Translations under genes and position numbers: made by a program | Shown here: one piece after another, positions 37,765 to 46,482 of the stretch | Numbering within the stretch: the stretch's first letter is position 1 | Layout: every line of letters begins with the position of its first letter | Assembly: GCA_965140445.1 (NCBI GenBank) | Contig: OZ223236.1 | Span: 1,280,001-1,344,000, forward strand | Origin: Candidatus Ozemobacteraceae bacterium | Lineage (GTDB): Bacteria > Muiribacteriota > Ozemobacteria > Ozemobacterales > Ozemobacteraceae | Reading direction: 5' to 3' | Length of the DNA: 64,000 bases | The notes under the pieces: model-generated | Told to the model about the DNA's origin: nothing | Databases searched by the model: none | What the model saw: only the letters and a program-made list of their open reading frames with translations

Positions 37765-40071
37765 TTACGGCATCTGGAAAACTTGAATTCTTGCTAATGA
37801 CGAGCTTGAACTTTCAGAGTAGTCGCTTACGTATATTTGCCCACCATCAGTGGGAATTATGCAAACAGGCCTTACAAATTGCCCATTGCCTCTACCATAG
37901 CTTCCCCAATCTGTTACATAAAGGCTACTGTTAATATCAGCTGAAAGAATATTTGCGCTTGGAGAATTTGGGTTACTTGTTGGAGTTTGGTTTATATCAA
38001 AAACAACAACCCTATGATTTCCTCTATCTGCGGCATACATGTATCCTCTAGAGTCTATTCTGATATCCTCAAGATAGCCAAATTTGCCTATTGCAGTCCC
38101 TTTTCCGCCCCATTCGCAAATATATGTTGAACTGCTTCCAATTACTGAGAACTTTTGGATTCGACAGCCATAGTAATCAGCGACATAAACAAATCCTTGA
38201 GCATCTATAGCGACTGTTCTTGGCCATACAAAATTGCTTGGCCCGGAATAACCAGCAGTTCCCCATGACATTAGGAGCGTACCGGAAGCATTCATTTTCT
38301 TTACTTTGTTAGCTCCAGATTCTGCTAAATAAAAATTTCCTTCAGAGTCAAAAGTAATACCGCACGGATTGCTGAAACCATTTAGTTGTGAAATTATATT
38401 CCATTGATTATCAAAGATTTTTATATTTCCACCAATAATGTCTGCAGTATAAACTTGTCCAGCATTGCTAATTGCCAAGTCGTTACTTCTGGAATATGAA
38501 TATGGATGTATGGTAAGTTTCGTTCCATTCGTGTCATACTCTGCGATTCCCCCTCCCCAATATTGGTTTACAAGTAGATTTCCTGATCCATTAAAAGCCA
38601 TCCCAGCAGGATCAGGCAAAGTCCACGACCTTACAAAAGATGGAGTGTCCGCAGTTATTCCGACAAAAACCTTAAGATCAGCTTCTTTTGTAATCCCTTC
38701 TTCAATTGAAGAGCAAGTTAAAAAAACTTGAGAGTCGGCAGCTGGAGCTTGGTATTGATTTAAATTAAGGCTGCCACCCCCGCTTTTTATTATCCATGAT
38801 GTATTGGTTGCTGTCCCAGTCGACCCATCGAAGTAATGAGATGTGACTGTTATTGTTGAAAGGTCCAAGATTGAGGAATTTGCTATTTCTTTTATGCTTG
38901 GTGAAAGCGATATTGCTTGAAGCGTGTGAGATAGATTAATCGTTTTTGCTTGAATTACCTCTTTTGTATCATTGTTGAAGATTTCAACAATACTTCCATC
39001 AGGAAGTTTATTTGTGAATCTAATCAGATCGAATGGCTTTACTGAATATGGTTCCATAATAGAACAAATCAAAACGATTCCATCAGCAATTGTTACGTTT
39101 TCTGATTTGTACCACAAGACAGGCTTTTCTGCTTGACTAGCTCTATAACATGACAAGAAAGTCGAAGTTTCAAAATCGGGTGATACATTTCTAATCCTGA
39201 TTTGAACCTGGTAATTATTTAATGTCGGTGTTGGTATTGGGTAAGGTACATCAAAAGTGTAATTGTTTAAGAGCTCCAACGGTCTGTTGATGACGTTGCC
39301 TTCAACACCAGAATATAACTCTTTTGCTCTAGTAAGCATGGCTTCTCTATTAGGGCCAACTTGATACCATGAAATTAGCATTACCGCATCCGAACTATCA
39401 AGCTTCCCATCCTGGTTTAGGTCGTCATGAAGAACGGTTGGGACGGATAAAATGCTATCTGGCGATCCTGTCCAAAGCTCATTGGCCAAGCCAATTATAA
39501 CAGAGTCACTTGGCTGATTTGAAATTAGATATGCCATGAAAATAGCGATATCTCCGCTAACTACAGTTTCGCTGCCATCATAATCCATGCGATAAATATA
39601 ACTATTTACACTTGCTCTAAGGTTTGGATTAAATTTTGGCATCAGATCGACATTTAGTATCTCAACTTTTGCTCCAGGAGGAATTGGGGTTGAGAAGCTG
39701 ATTGAGTCAAACTTTTCGATTCCACGGAAGTCGATGTCGTTGGCAGCCAGGATAATACCGTCTGATGGGATAGAGGCTTTTTTTAGTTCTCTGGTTTTTC
39801 CATCGCTGGTTTTAACTGTTGCGATCGTATCAAAATCTGGGCTTACGTCGGTGATTTTGATCTGAATTGAGATAGTATTCAGGCCATCGGCGATCTTATT
39901 CAGTTTTACCTGATTGGTCCCATTGCCTTCTCCAATTGGGAACTCAATGTTAGCAGCTAGTTGTTGTGTTGCAACTACAGCAGCGGGGTTTGATTGGTTC
40001 CAACAGCCGACCAGGCTCATTAGAACAAGAGATAGAAGAAAGACAAAAGGCACGACATTACGATATCGCAT
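37765..40071 (-). CDS. Lipoprotein paralogue: domain X - dockerin-like pair - domain X - Ig-like - NHL beta-propeller
   Basis: ATG at 40071 follows GAGGT. Lipobox LVGC; DYDGSETVVSGD and DLNQDGKLDSSD loops; NHL repeats. Confidence 0.85.
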   Translation of the reverse strand: MRYRNVVPFVFLLSLVLMSLVGCWNQSNPAAVVATQQLAANIEFPIGEGNGTNQVKLNKIADGLNTISIQIKITDVSPDFDTIATVKTSDGKTRELKKASIPSDGIILAANDIDFRGIEKFDSISFSTPIPPGAKVEILNVDLMPKFNPNLRASVNSYIYRMDYDGSETVVSGDIAIFMAYLISNQPSDSVIIGLANELWTGSPDSILSVPTVLHDDLNQDGKLDSSDAVMLISWYQVGPNREAMLTRAKELYSGVEGNVINRPLELLNNYTFDVPYPIPTPTLNNYQVQIRIRNVSPDFETSTFLSCYRASQAEKPVLWYKSENVTIADGIVLICSIMEPYSVKPFDLIRFTNKLPDGSIVEIFNNDTKEVIQAKTINLSHTLQAISLSPSIKEIANSSILDLSTITVTSHYFDGSTGTATNTSWIIKSGGGSLNLNQYQAPAADSQVFLTCSSIEEGITKEADLKVFVGITADTPSFVRSWTLPDPAGMAFNGSGNLLVNQYWGGGIAEYDTNGTKLTIHPYSYSRSNDLAISNAGQVYTADIIGGNIKIFDNQWNIISQLNGFSNPCGITFDSEGNFYLAESGANKVKKMNASGTLLMSWGTAGYSGPSNFVWPRTVAIDAQGFVYVADYYGCRIQKFSVIGSSSTYICEWGGKGTAIGKFGYLEDIRIDSRGYMYAADRGNHRVVVFDINQTPTSNPNSPSANILSADINSSLYVTDWGSYGRGNGQFVRPVCIIPTDGGQIYVSDYSESSSSSLARIQVFQMP

Positions 40072-40149
40072 AGAACTAAAATACCTCTCAGAAATATTTT
40101 CAAAACAGGACAAAACCTGTCTTAAAGACGTTATTTGTTTCTTTATTTG

Positions 40150-41454
40150 TTACAGAGTTACTGTGCTTGAAGCAACTACTGTGGATTTATCTTTGTTATA
40201 TATTTCAACTATTGCCCCGACTGGGAGTTTCCCCGAAAATTGCAGCCGGTCAAACTCCATGACTGTTGCAAAAGATATTCCGTCCACAAATACCAATGCA
40301 ATTCCATTGGAAATGGATACATACTGGCTTCTTTTCCACTTTCTATCTGAGCCAGGTGCTGGCAGACATTTGATCATGGTGTGGACATCAAATGTATCTG
40401 GCACATTTAAAATTCTGATTTGCATGGAAAGTGTGTTTAACTCGTTTCCTGAAGTTGAAACAGGGCTGGCAAATCTGACTTCATCTCTTGCCAGAACAAG
40501 TGAGCCAACATTTAACTTAACTCTATTCGAAAATCCAATGCTTCCATCGCTTGCTATGGCTCGTGCAGTAATTACCCAGGCTCCTGTAGGTGGTTGTGTC
40601 CAGCTATATGTGAAAGGGGCACTGGTGTCTTCACCCAATTTTTCAGAGCCTTTAAAGAAAATTACCTTTGCAATATTGGCGGAGCAGCTGGCTTCAATGC
40701 TAAGACTTTTACCGGTTTCAATAAATTTGCCATCAAGATTTGTGGGAAGCTCGATTGCCGAATTTCCTGATGAATTTGTGCCGCCAAGAGCTGTGTTTAC
40801 TAATTGAAGAGTGGAATTGTCTACTGCACCCATTGCATTGGCGATAGGGTCTTCAGAGCTATTTAAGCTGATTGTTCCCTTTATAATTCCAGAAACTCTG
40901 GATGAAATCTGGTTTATCAAATTTGAGGTGTTTGAATCACTCAAGGCGGTAGCTTGCACGCTGGCTGCCGTATTTTTAAATCCGTTCATAGCTACAAGAA
41001 TCGCGACTGCGGTAGAGCTATGATTAACTACAAGATTTGGAGGGGTTGTTCCATCAAAGTTATCTATGAATGCTTGCAGCAAGCACTTACCTGGATTGGA
41101 TTTACTTTTAATTGATACGCAATACTTTGTTCCCGTTGGCACATTTGTCAGGGTGAAGTTTCCATTAGCGTCAATTGGAGCTGGTGTAGCAATGCTTTCA
41201 CCTTTTAGATTTACCAGATGAGCTTCAAGTAAATCAAAGCTATTGGCAAGAACAACCGTTTTTAGATTCGCTGTAATGCTGCTAATGTCGGTGGTCCCAG
41301 ATGGAAGGACAACACTTCCTGAAATTGTAGCTGCCGTATTTGTGCTTGAAGTTGCAACGGGATTGGCTCCGCCTCCTCCACCACCACAGCCTGATAAAAC
41401 AATGGAGCTGAAAAACAAAAATGACAAAATAGCAGAACGGCAAAACCCAGACAT
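40150..41454 (-). CDS. Lipoprotein with a prealbumin/carboxypeptidase-regulatory-like domain, bacterial Ig-like domain and C-terminal domain X
   Basis: Lipobox LSGC plus poly-Gly; ISGSV...DANGNFTLTNVP; KVIFF.G..KLGED..APF.YSW Ig motif. The C-terminus is homologous to the repeated domain of the two downstream genes. Confidence 0.8.
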   Translation of the reverse strand: MSGFCRSAILSFLFFSSIVLSGCGGGGGGANPVATSSTNTAATISGSVVLPSGTTDISSITANLKTVVLANSFDLLEAHLVNLKGESIATPAPIDANGNFTLTNVPTGTKYCVSIKSKSNPGKCLLQAFIDNFDGTTPPNLVVNHSSTAVAILVAMNGFKNTAASVQATALSDSNTSNLINQISSRVSGIIKGTISLNSSEDPIANAMGAVDNSTLQLVNTALGGTNSSGNSAIELPTNLDGKFIETGKSLSIEASCSANIAKVIFFKGSEKLGEDTSAPFTYSWTQPPTGAWVITARAIASDGSIGFSNRVKLNVGSLVLARDEVRFASPVSTSGNELNTLSMQIRILNVPDTFDVHTMIKCLPAPGSDRKWKRSQYVSISNGIALVFVDGISFATVMEFDRLQFSGKLPVGAIVEIYNKDKSTVVASSTVTL

Positions 41455-41510
41455 AACATCCCTCTCAGAAGAACTTATTTATTTTAAAAACTTTTTCTTT
41501 TATGGGGGGG

Positions 41511-41539
41511 ATAATAAATAACTTATAAAATTAAGTCAA
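41511..41539 (-). promoter_or_regulatory. Sigma70-type promoter of the lipoprotein operon
   Basis: Minus strand reads TTGACT-N17-TATTAT, immediately followed by a C7 run. Confidence 0.6.
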
Positions 41540-41550
41540 GAAAAAAAGTG

Positions 41551-43185
41551 CTATTTCTGCTCAATGATGTATTTAACTACAGCGGAGAAATCTTTCATGC
41601 CGGTTAGTTTTAGTTGGAGGGAAACGCCGAATACGTGGGCGAAGTTCATGACCGTGATTATGAAAAGACAAACCATTGCGGCGATGAACATGCGTTTGGC
41701 GGGTTTGGATTTTGGGTCCTTTTTTGGGAACCATGAATTGAATTTTAATAACGCGATTGTAAGTCCTGAAACAAATATGAATAGCGAAATTTCAAAGCTT
41801 CCTTGTCGGGAGACAAGATCAATTATGTCCTGAGACACGTTTACTCTATCGGATAGAAGGCTGGCTGCATAAGATAGTTCATAGGCTAGATTTCCTTGAA
41901 TTATCTGAGTGATGATTATAGCTCCAACAGCGAAAAACCATGCAAACATCACTGAAGAAGTTTCGTCTATTGGTTCTCCGTTTATGTCGACTTTCTTTTC
42001 TTTGGGGTTGCAGTTGCAAATGGTTATCCATAACCCCATCAGAGCGGGTAAAACCATCAATCTTGTGTTACCCCAGGCTAGAGAGCTTATAAAACCAATT
42101 GAAAGTGCTATTTTTTTTATGCTGGTTCTGGCTTGATCTGGCATCATTACAGAAACTGCAGCTATTCCAAGGAACAAAAACGATAGTAAATGCTTGCTTC
42201 CATTATCAGCAATTATCAGCAGAATTACCCCGATTATCAGCATAAATGCCATAATCATCAGGTCTCGGTTGGGGTTTTCTTCTTCAGGTTCAAGACGGCG
42301 CCCTTCAGCGGCAGCAGCGAGTTCTTCACTGGTTGGCGGAGCAATATCCAAACTTCTGAGGCGAACTGTAGCAAATCTGGAGTGCTGAACGATTTCAAGC
42401 AGCTCGCCAAGGTTTGATGGCCTTAATTTCTGCAGGAGAAAAACTGCGGAGTCCTGAAGCGCAATGTTATTGCTTCTGACCATTTCACTGATGTGTTTTT
42501 CGGTCAGTTCAGGGTCATATTTAAACAAACCCAAAAGAGCATTTGCTCGAATTCGGTTATCTGATGAAGTGGCAAAGTCTGTTAATTTCTCAGCTAGATC
42601 AGGACTGTCGTATGTGCACAGCGCTTCAAGAGTGTTGGCAACAATTCTTGGGTCTTCGTGATCCAGATATTCCTGAAGCTTGGGAAGAATTCTTGGGTCA
42701 TCTATTTTCCATAAGCGTTTTACCAGAAAAGAAATTTTATATTCATCCTTTTCCTGCTCAAGAAACTCTAATAAAGGGGTTGCTAATGACGGGTCATTGC
42801 TGTCGGTGAGTCTTTCAATGGATTCGAAAACTACATAGCGACTTCCCAGACGTAACTTATGGAGCAGTATTTGTTGTGCTGTGAGAGTTTCGCCTTCTTT
42901 TAGTTCCAGTTTAAAAGGCTTGCTTTCAACTGATCCCGAGTCTATTTCAGGGTAACAATCATAAAAGTGGTTTCTTGCTTTTCTCGCAAAGTATCTGACT
43001 TGAGTGTCAGCGTGGAGAACATTTTCAAGAATGTGGGGAATTATACTCCGAGCAAATTCCAGTTCAAAGGAGTTCTGATGACTCAGAAAGTCCAGAGACA
43101 GAATTCGATCGGCGGTTGCTCCTGTCTGTAAAGACGATAGAAGCATTGATTCCCATTTTTTTAATGCAGATGTATCTTTTACCAT
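41551..43185 (-). CDS. HEAT-repeat membrane protein
   Basis: HEAT-like repeats (DPRIVANTLEAL, DNRIRANALLGL) followed by about 6-7 TM helices. The ATG at 43185 is supported by an AGGA RBS and TGTTATAAT at 43204-43212. Confidence 0.8.
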   Translation of the reverse strand: MVKDTSALKKWESMLLSSLQTGATADRILSLDFLSHQNSFELEFARSIIPHILENVLHADTQVRYFARKARNHFYDCYPEIDSGSVESKPFKLELKEGETLTAQQILLHKLRLGSRYVVFESIERLTDSNDPSLATPLLEFLEQEKDEYKISFLVKRLWKIDDPRILPKLQEYLDHEDPRIVANTLEALCTYDSPDLAEKLTDFATSSDNRIRANALLGLFKYDPELTEKHISEMVRSNNIALQDSAVFLLQKLRPSNLGELLEIVQHSRFATVRLRSLDIAPPTSEELAAAAEGRRLEPEEENPNRDLMIMAFMLIIGVILLIIADNGSKHLLSFLFLGIAAVSVMMPDQARTSIKKIALSIGFISSLAWGNTRLMVLPALMGLWITICNCNPKEKKVDINGEPIDETSSVMFAWFFAVGAIIITQIIQGNLAYELSYAASLLSDRVNVSQDIIDLVSRQGSFEISLFIFVSGLTIALLKFNSWFPKKDPKSKPAKRMFIAAMVCLFIITVMNFAHVFGVSLQLKLTGMKDFSAVVKYIIEQK

Positions 43186-43319
43186 TTTTCCTAACCCGAG
43201 CCTATTATAACAGCACAGCAGCTGGAAAACAAAAAAAAGAACCAATCCCTAAATGGACTTGAAGAAATAGTGCTGATGCGGTAATCTTTGGCGTAACCAG
43301 AAAATAAGGAGAATTCCCT

Positions 43320-44288
43320 GTGATGAAACATTCTATAGTTGATTCGGCCAAAAAGGCTATGGAGTCTGAAATCGAAGCTCTCAAAGTAGCAATGGGAAAT
43401 CTTGGCGAAGAATTCGAAAAAGCTATAGATCTGATTTTGACCAGCTCTGGCCGGGTAATCGTTTGTGGAATGGGAAAATCTGGTCTGGTTGGCAAAAAAA
43501 TCTCAGCAACCTTATCAAGCACTGGTACTCCTTCATTTTTCCTTCACCCTGCAGAAGCCCTGCACGGTGACTTAGGCATGGTTACAGAAACAGATGTGGT
43601 TCTCTTGCTTTCAAACTCAGGTGAAACTGAAGAGATAGTAAGGCTTATGCCTTTTTTACGAAGGGTTGGAGCAAGGATTATTGCTATGACCGGCAACATG
43701 GATTCAACCATGGCAAAGAATTCTGATGTAACTATCAATTGCTGGGTAGAGGCCGAAGCTTGTCCGATGAACCTGGCACCTACCAGCTCTACCACAGTAA
43801 CTATGGCCCTTGGCGATGCTCTCGCAATAGCTTTGATTGAAGCCAGAGGTTTTAAAGAAAAAGACTTTGCACGATTTCATCCATCAGGAAGCCTGGGAAG
43901 AAAGTTCCTGGTTGTTGATGATTTGATGCATTCAGGAGAAGAAATTCCATTTGCATCTCCTCATATTAAACTTCAGGAAGCGATTATCCAAATGTCTAAA
44001 AAGAGCTTTGGTGCTCTAGTTGTAGTAAATAAAGAAAACTATCTGATGGGAGTTTTTACTGACGGAGATTTGCGCCGATATTTTGAGAAGAGCACCGAAT
44101 TAAAACTTGATGCAGAGCTAAAAGATGTCATGACTTTAAATCCGTTGCGGACTTCTCCTGGCAAATTAGCCATGGAAGCCTTGAAAATGATGGAGGACAA
44201 GTCCATTACTTCGCTGCCAGTAGTTGAAGACTCGCAGGTGGTTGGCTTTTTACATCTTCACGATATTTTGCGCGCGCGACTTGTTTAA
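43320..44288 (+). CDS. kdsD: Arabinose-5-phosphate isomerase (KpsF/GutQ family; SIS plus 2 CBS domains)
   Basis: GMGKSG, HPAEALHGDLG, SNSGET, EACP.NLAPT.ST, FHP.GSLG and GVFTDGDLRR motifs. Confidence 0.92.
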   Translation: MMKHSIVDSAKKAMESEIEALKVAMGNLGEEFEKAIDLILTSSGRVIVCGMGKSGLVGKKISATLSSTGTPSFFLHPAEALHGDLGMVTETDVVLLLSNSGETEEIVRLMPFLRRVGARIIAMTGNMDSTMAKNSDVTINCWVEAEACPMNLAPTSSTTVTMALGDALAIALIEARGFKEKDFARFHPSGSLGRKFLVVDDLMHSGEEIPFASPHIKLQEAIIQMSKKSFGALVVVNKENYLMGVFTDGDLRRYFEKSTELKLDAELKDVMTLNPLRTSPGKLAMEALKMMEDKSITSLPVVEDSQVVGFLHLHDILRARLV

Positions 44289-44289
44289 A

Positions 44290-45462
44290 TCAACTTTCGG
44301 CTCTACATCCCTCAATTGTTACATCTGATCCGTTTAAAGCACTAATTATTACAGCAAGATCTCTACTTGAAGAATTCATAAAACTACAATTCTTCAGTTT
44401 AAGCGCAGAACCCATTACAGCAACAGCTTCTCCTGCTATACTGCCGCTAGTCAGGCGACAGTTGTCAAAAATTGAATTGACACAGCTGGACTCTGAATCT
44501 CTACTATAGGCTATAGCTGCTCCCGCTGCCTGAGCCTGGCAATTAACAAAGTTTATAGTTGCCAGAGATAACATTCCACCAATTGGTCTGATAGCGCCTC
44601 CAGCTTGCCCATAGCAGCGGGTAAAACTGGAATCAAATATTCTGGAATTTGATTTTTCCAGATACAAAGCGCCCCCCTGAGCATCACCATTGTCTGATAC
44701 GCACTTTTCAAAGGTGGAGAAGCTAATGGTATTGGTAGAAAATCTGCTTGTTAAAGCGCCTCCTGCAACTGTAGAAGAACAGTTCCTGAACGAACACCAA
44801 CTTGCATCCAGTTTGCAATAATCATAGTTATAGATCGCTCCACCAGAGTTTGCAGCATTGTTTTCAAAAATACTATTTTCAATAGAGACCTTTGCCCGGT
44901 GGATCATGCCTATTGCTCCGCCTTGTTGTGCTTTGCATCCTACAAATTTACAATTCTTAATCAGCTGAGTGGGCGAACTATCGTAAGGTTCAACGTTGCT
45001 TTCTAAAATTCCTTTAAAACATATAGCGCCGCCGAGTTCTGCGGAGCAAGATTCAAAGAGGCATTGTAAAAAAGTTAATCTGGCATTTTCAGCATTTTCA
45101 ACCAAAATAGCTCCACCAGCCCCATTTGAAGATCCAGCTTCAGTTGAATTCAGGCTGTTGGCATGAAGAAAACTACAACTTTTGAAAGAGCTTCCATCAG
45201 TGCTGTCGCCAATTAGATAAATTCCTGCCCAGCCATAATCAGGGCTCATAGCTTGAAAAACTGATTTGGCAGCTATAACTTTTCCCTCAGAGATTATACA
45301 GCCAGAATCTGCAAAGGAAAGTTTGCAGTTTAAAAGCGTCAGACAGCTCCCAGCTTTGATTTCAATTTTCCCGGAAACAAGAAGTTCGATTCCAGAAAAA
45401 TCAGTGTCTTTTTCTACAAGAAGATCTTTAATTCTTTGGGGCTGATTTATTTCGCTGGTCAT
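44290..45462 (-). CDS. Right-handed parallel beta-helix protein with Pmp-like GGA[IL] repeats
   Basis: At least seven GGA[IL] motifs alternating with FxxC/FxxN motifs. No signal peptide. Confidence 0.75.
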   Translation of the reverse strand: MTSEINQPQRIKDLLVEKDTDFSGIELLVSGKIEIKAGSCLTLLNCKLSFADSGCIISEGKVIAAKSVFQAMSPDYGWAGIYLIGDSTDGSSFKSCSFLHANSLNSTEAGSSNGAGGAILVENAENARLTFLQCLFESCSAELGGAICFKGILESNVEPYDSSPTQLIKNCKFVGCKAQQGGAIGMIHRAKVSIENSIFENNAANSGGAIYNYDYCKLDASWCSFRNCSSTVAGGALTSRFSTNTISFSTFEKCVSDNGDAQGGALYLEKSNSRIFDSSFTRCYGQAGGAIRPIGGMLSLATINFVNCQAQAAGAAIAYSRDSESSCVNSIFDNCRLTSGSIAGEAVAVMGSALKLKNCSFMNSSSRDLAVIISALNGSDVTIEGCRAES

Positions 45463-45625
45463 CTCTTTAAGCTTTCTCCATTTTGGTTTTTAAAGATTTT
45501 TTTAAGAGTTTTAGCAGTCTTGGCTATAAGATAATCTCTGCTGAGTGAAATGTCGATTGGAAGATGAACTTCTAATCAATTTTGTGTACCTTCCGCTGGG
45601 CGAGTTTTTTTTATATAATAAACAA

Positions 45626-46399
45626 ATGAAAAGAATAATTCTGGCATTTTTTATGACAATTATGCTGCTTAGCGCACCAATGAGCGCTGAGGCGTCCTTT
45701 TTCTCTAATGCTTTGGCAAAGGCCCGTAGCGTAATGCAGGGGGCTTTTCAGATGACATTTTTGCCAAGCGTGCCAGTGATTTTTTATAAAAGCAGTTTTA
45801 ACAGATTATTTGATCATGCCACCAGGAGCATTGATAATATTCAACTTGAGCATAATGGCCAAACGATCACCAGAGATAAATTTCAGGATGACAAGGCTTT
45901 GCACATAAAGAAATCTGCGGAGCTGGCTTTGCATATCAAGAGTCTCATCGGCTCTGCACATCTAGCGTATGGGATAACCATGGCGATTGGTGTTATAAAA
46001 GAAGCCATTGATGGATCTTTTTTGAACCCGAATGGGTCTCGTTCAAAAGAGGATTTGTCTGCGGATCATGTTGGTGCAATGGCGGTTTTTGGTGAAGATA
46101 AGTTTAATAATGCCCTTAGAAAAAAACTGGATCAATTTATTGTTGCCCCGGCTCAAACGTCTAGTCATAGTAGTAACATTACTTCCGCCGAAGCTACTGA
46201 AGTTTCAAACATAGAAGAAACAGAGCCTGCTGACTCTGTTGCCGCCCAAGAGGAAGAAATCGTGGTTCAGGATCATATGCAGCCTCCAACAGCGGAGGAT
46301 GCCGTAAATCGTCAGCAGTTAATAACAGAGTATTATAAAGCCGTAAATAGCGGTGATACAGAAAAGATAAAGCAATTGGGATCGCTGTTACAAAAATAG
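45626..46399 (+). CDS. Secreted hypothetical protein with a YfiM/DUF2279-like motif
   Basis: Signal peptide from ATG 45626 (AEA cleavage site); DK..H...G..KE..D...S..DL.AD..G motif; acidic low-complexity linker. Confidence 0.65.
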   Translation: MKRIILAFFMTIMLLSAPMSAEASFFSNALAKARSVMQGAFQMTFLPSVPVIFYKSSFNRLFDHATRSIDNIQLEHNGQTITRDKFQDDKALHIKKSAELALHIKSLIGSAHLAYGITMAIGVIKEAIDGSFLNPNGSRSKEDLSADHVGAMAVFGEDKFNNALRKKLDQFIVAPAQTSSHSSNITSAEATEVSNIEETEPADSVAAQEEEIVVQDHMQPPTAEDAVNRQQLITEYYKAVNSGDTEKIKQLGSLLQK

Positions 46400-46407
46400 C
46401 AGCAAAT

Positions 46408-46452
46408 AAAAAACCGGCACTGGAACGGATTCTAGTGCCGGCTTCTTTTTTT
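46408..46452. terminator. Bidirectional intrinsic terminator between convergent genes
   Basis: Stem CCGGCACTGGAA / TTCTAGTGCCGG flanked by an A-run and a T-run. Confidence 0.8.
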
Positions 46453-46482
46453 AGCTAAAGCCTGGAAAATGGTTTTTTCCGA

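Noticed and set aside
39914..40807. 297-aa plus-strand ORF
   Set aside because: It is the antisense shadow of two well-supported lipoprotein genes and has no recognisable motifs.
35472..41454. A true cellulosome
   Set aside because: No glycoside hydrolase or CBM3 modules are attached to the dockerin-like domains, and the nearby amylase has no dockerin.
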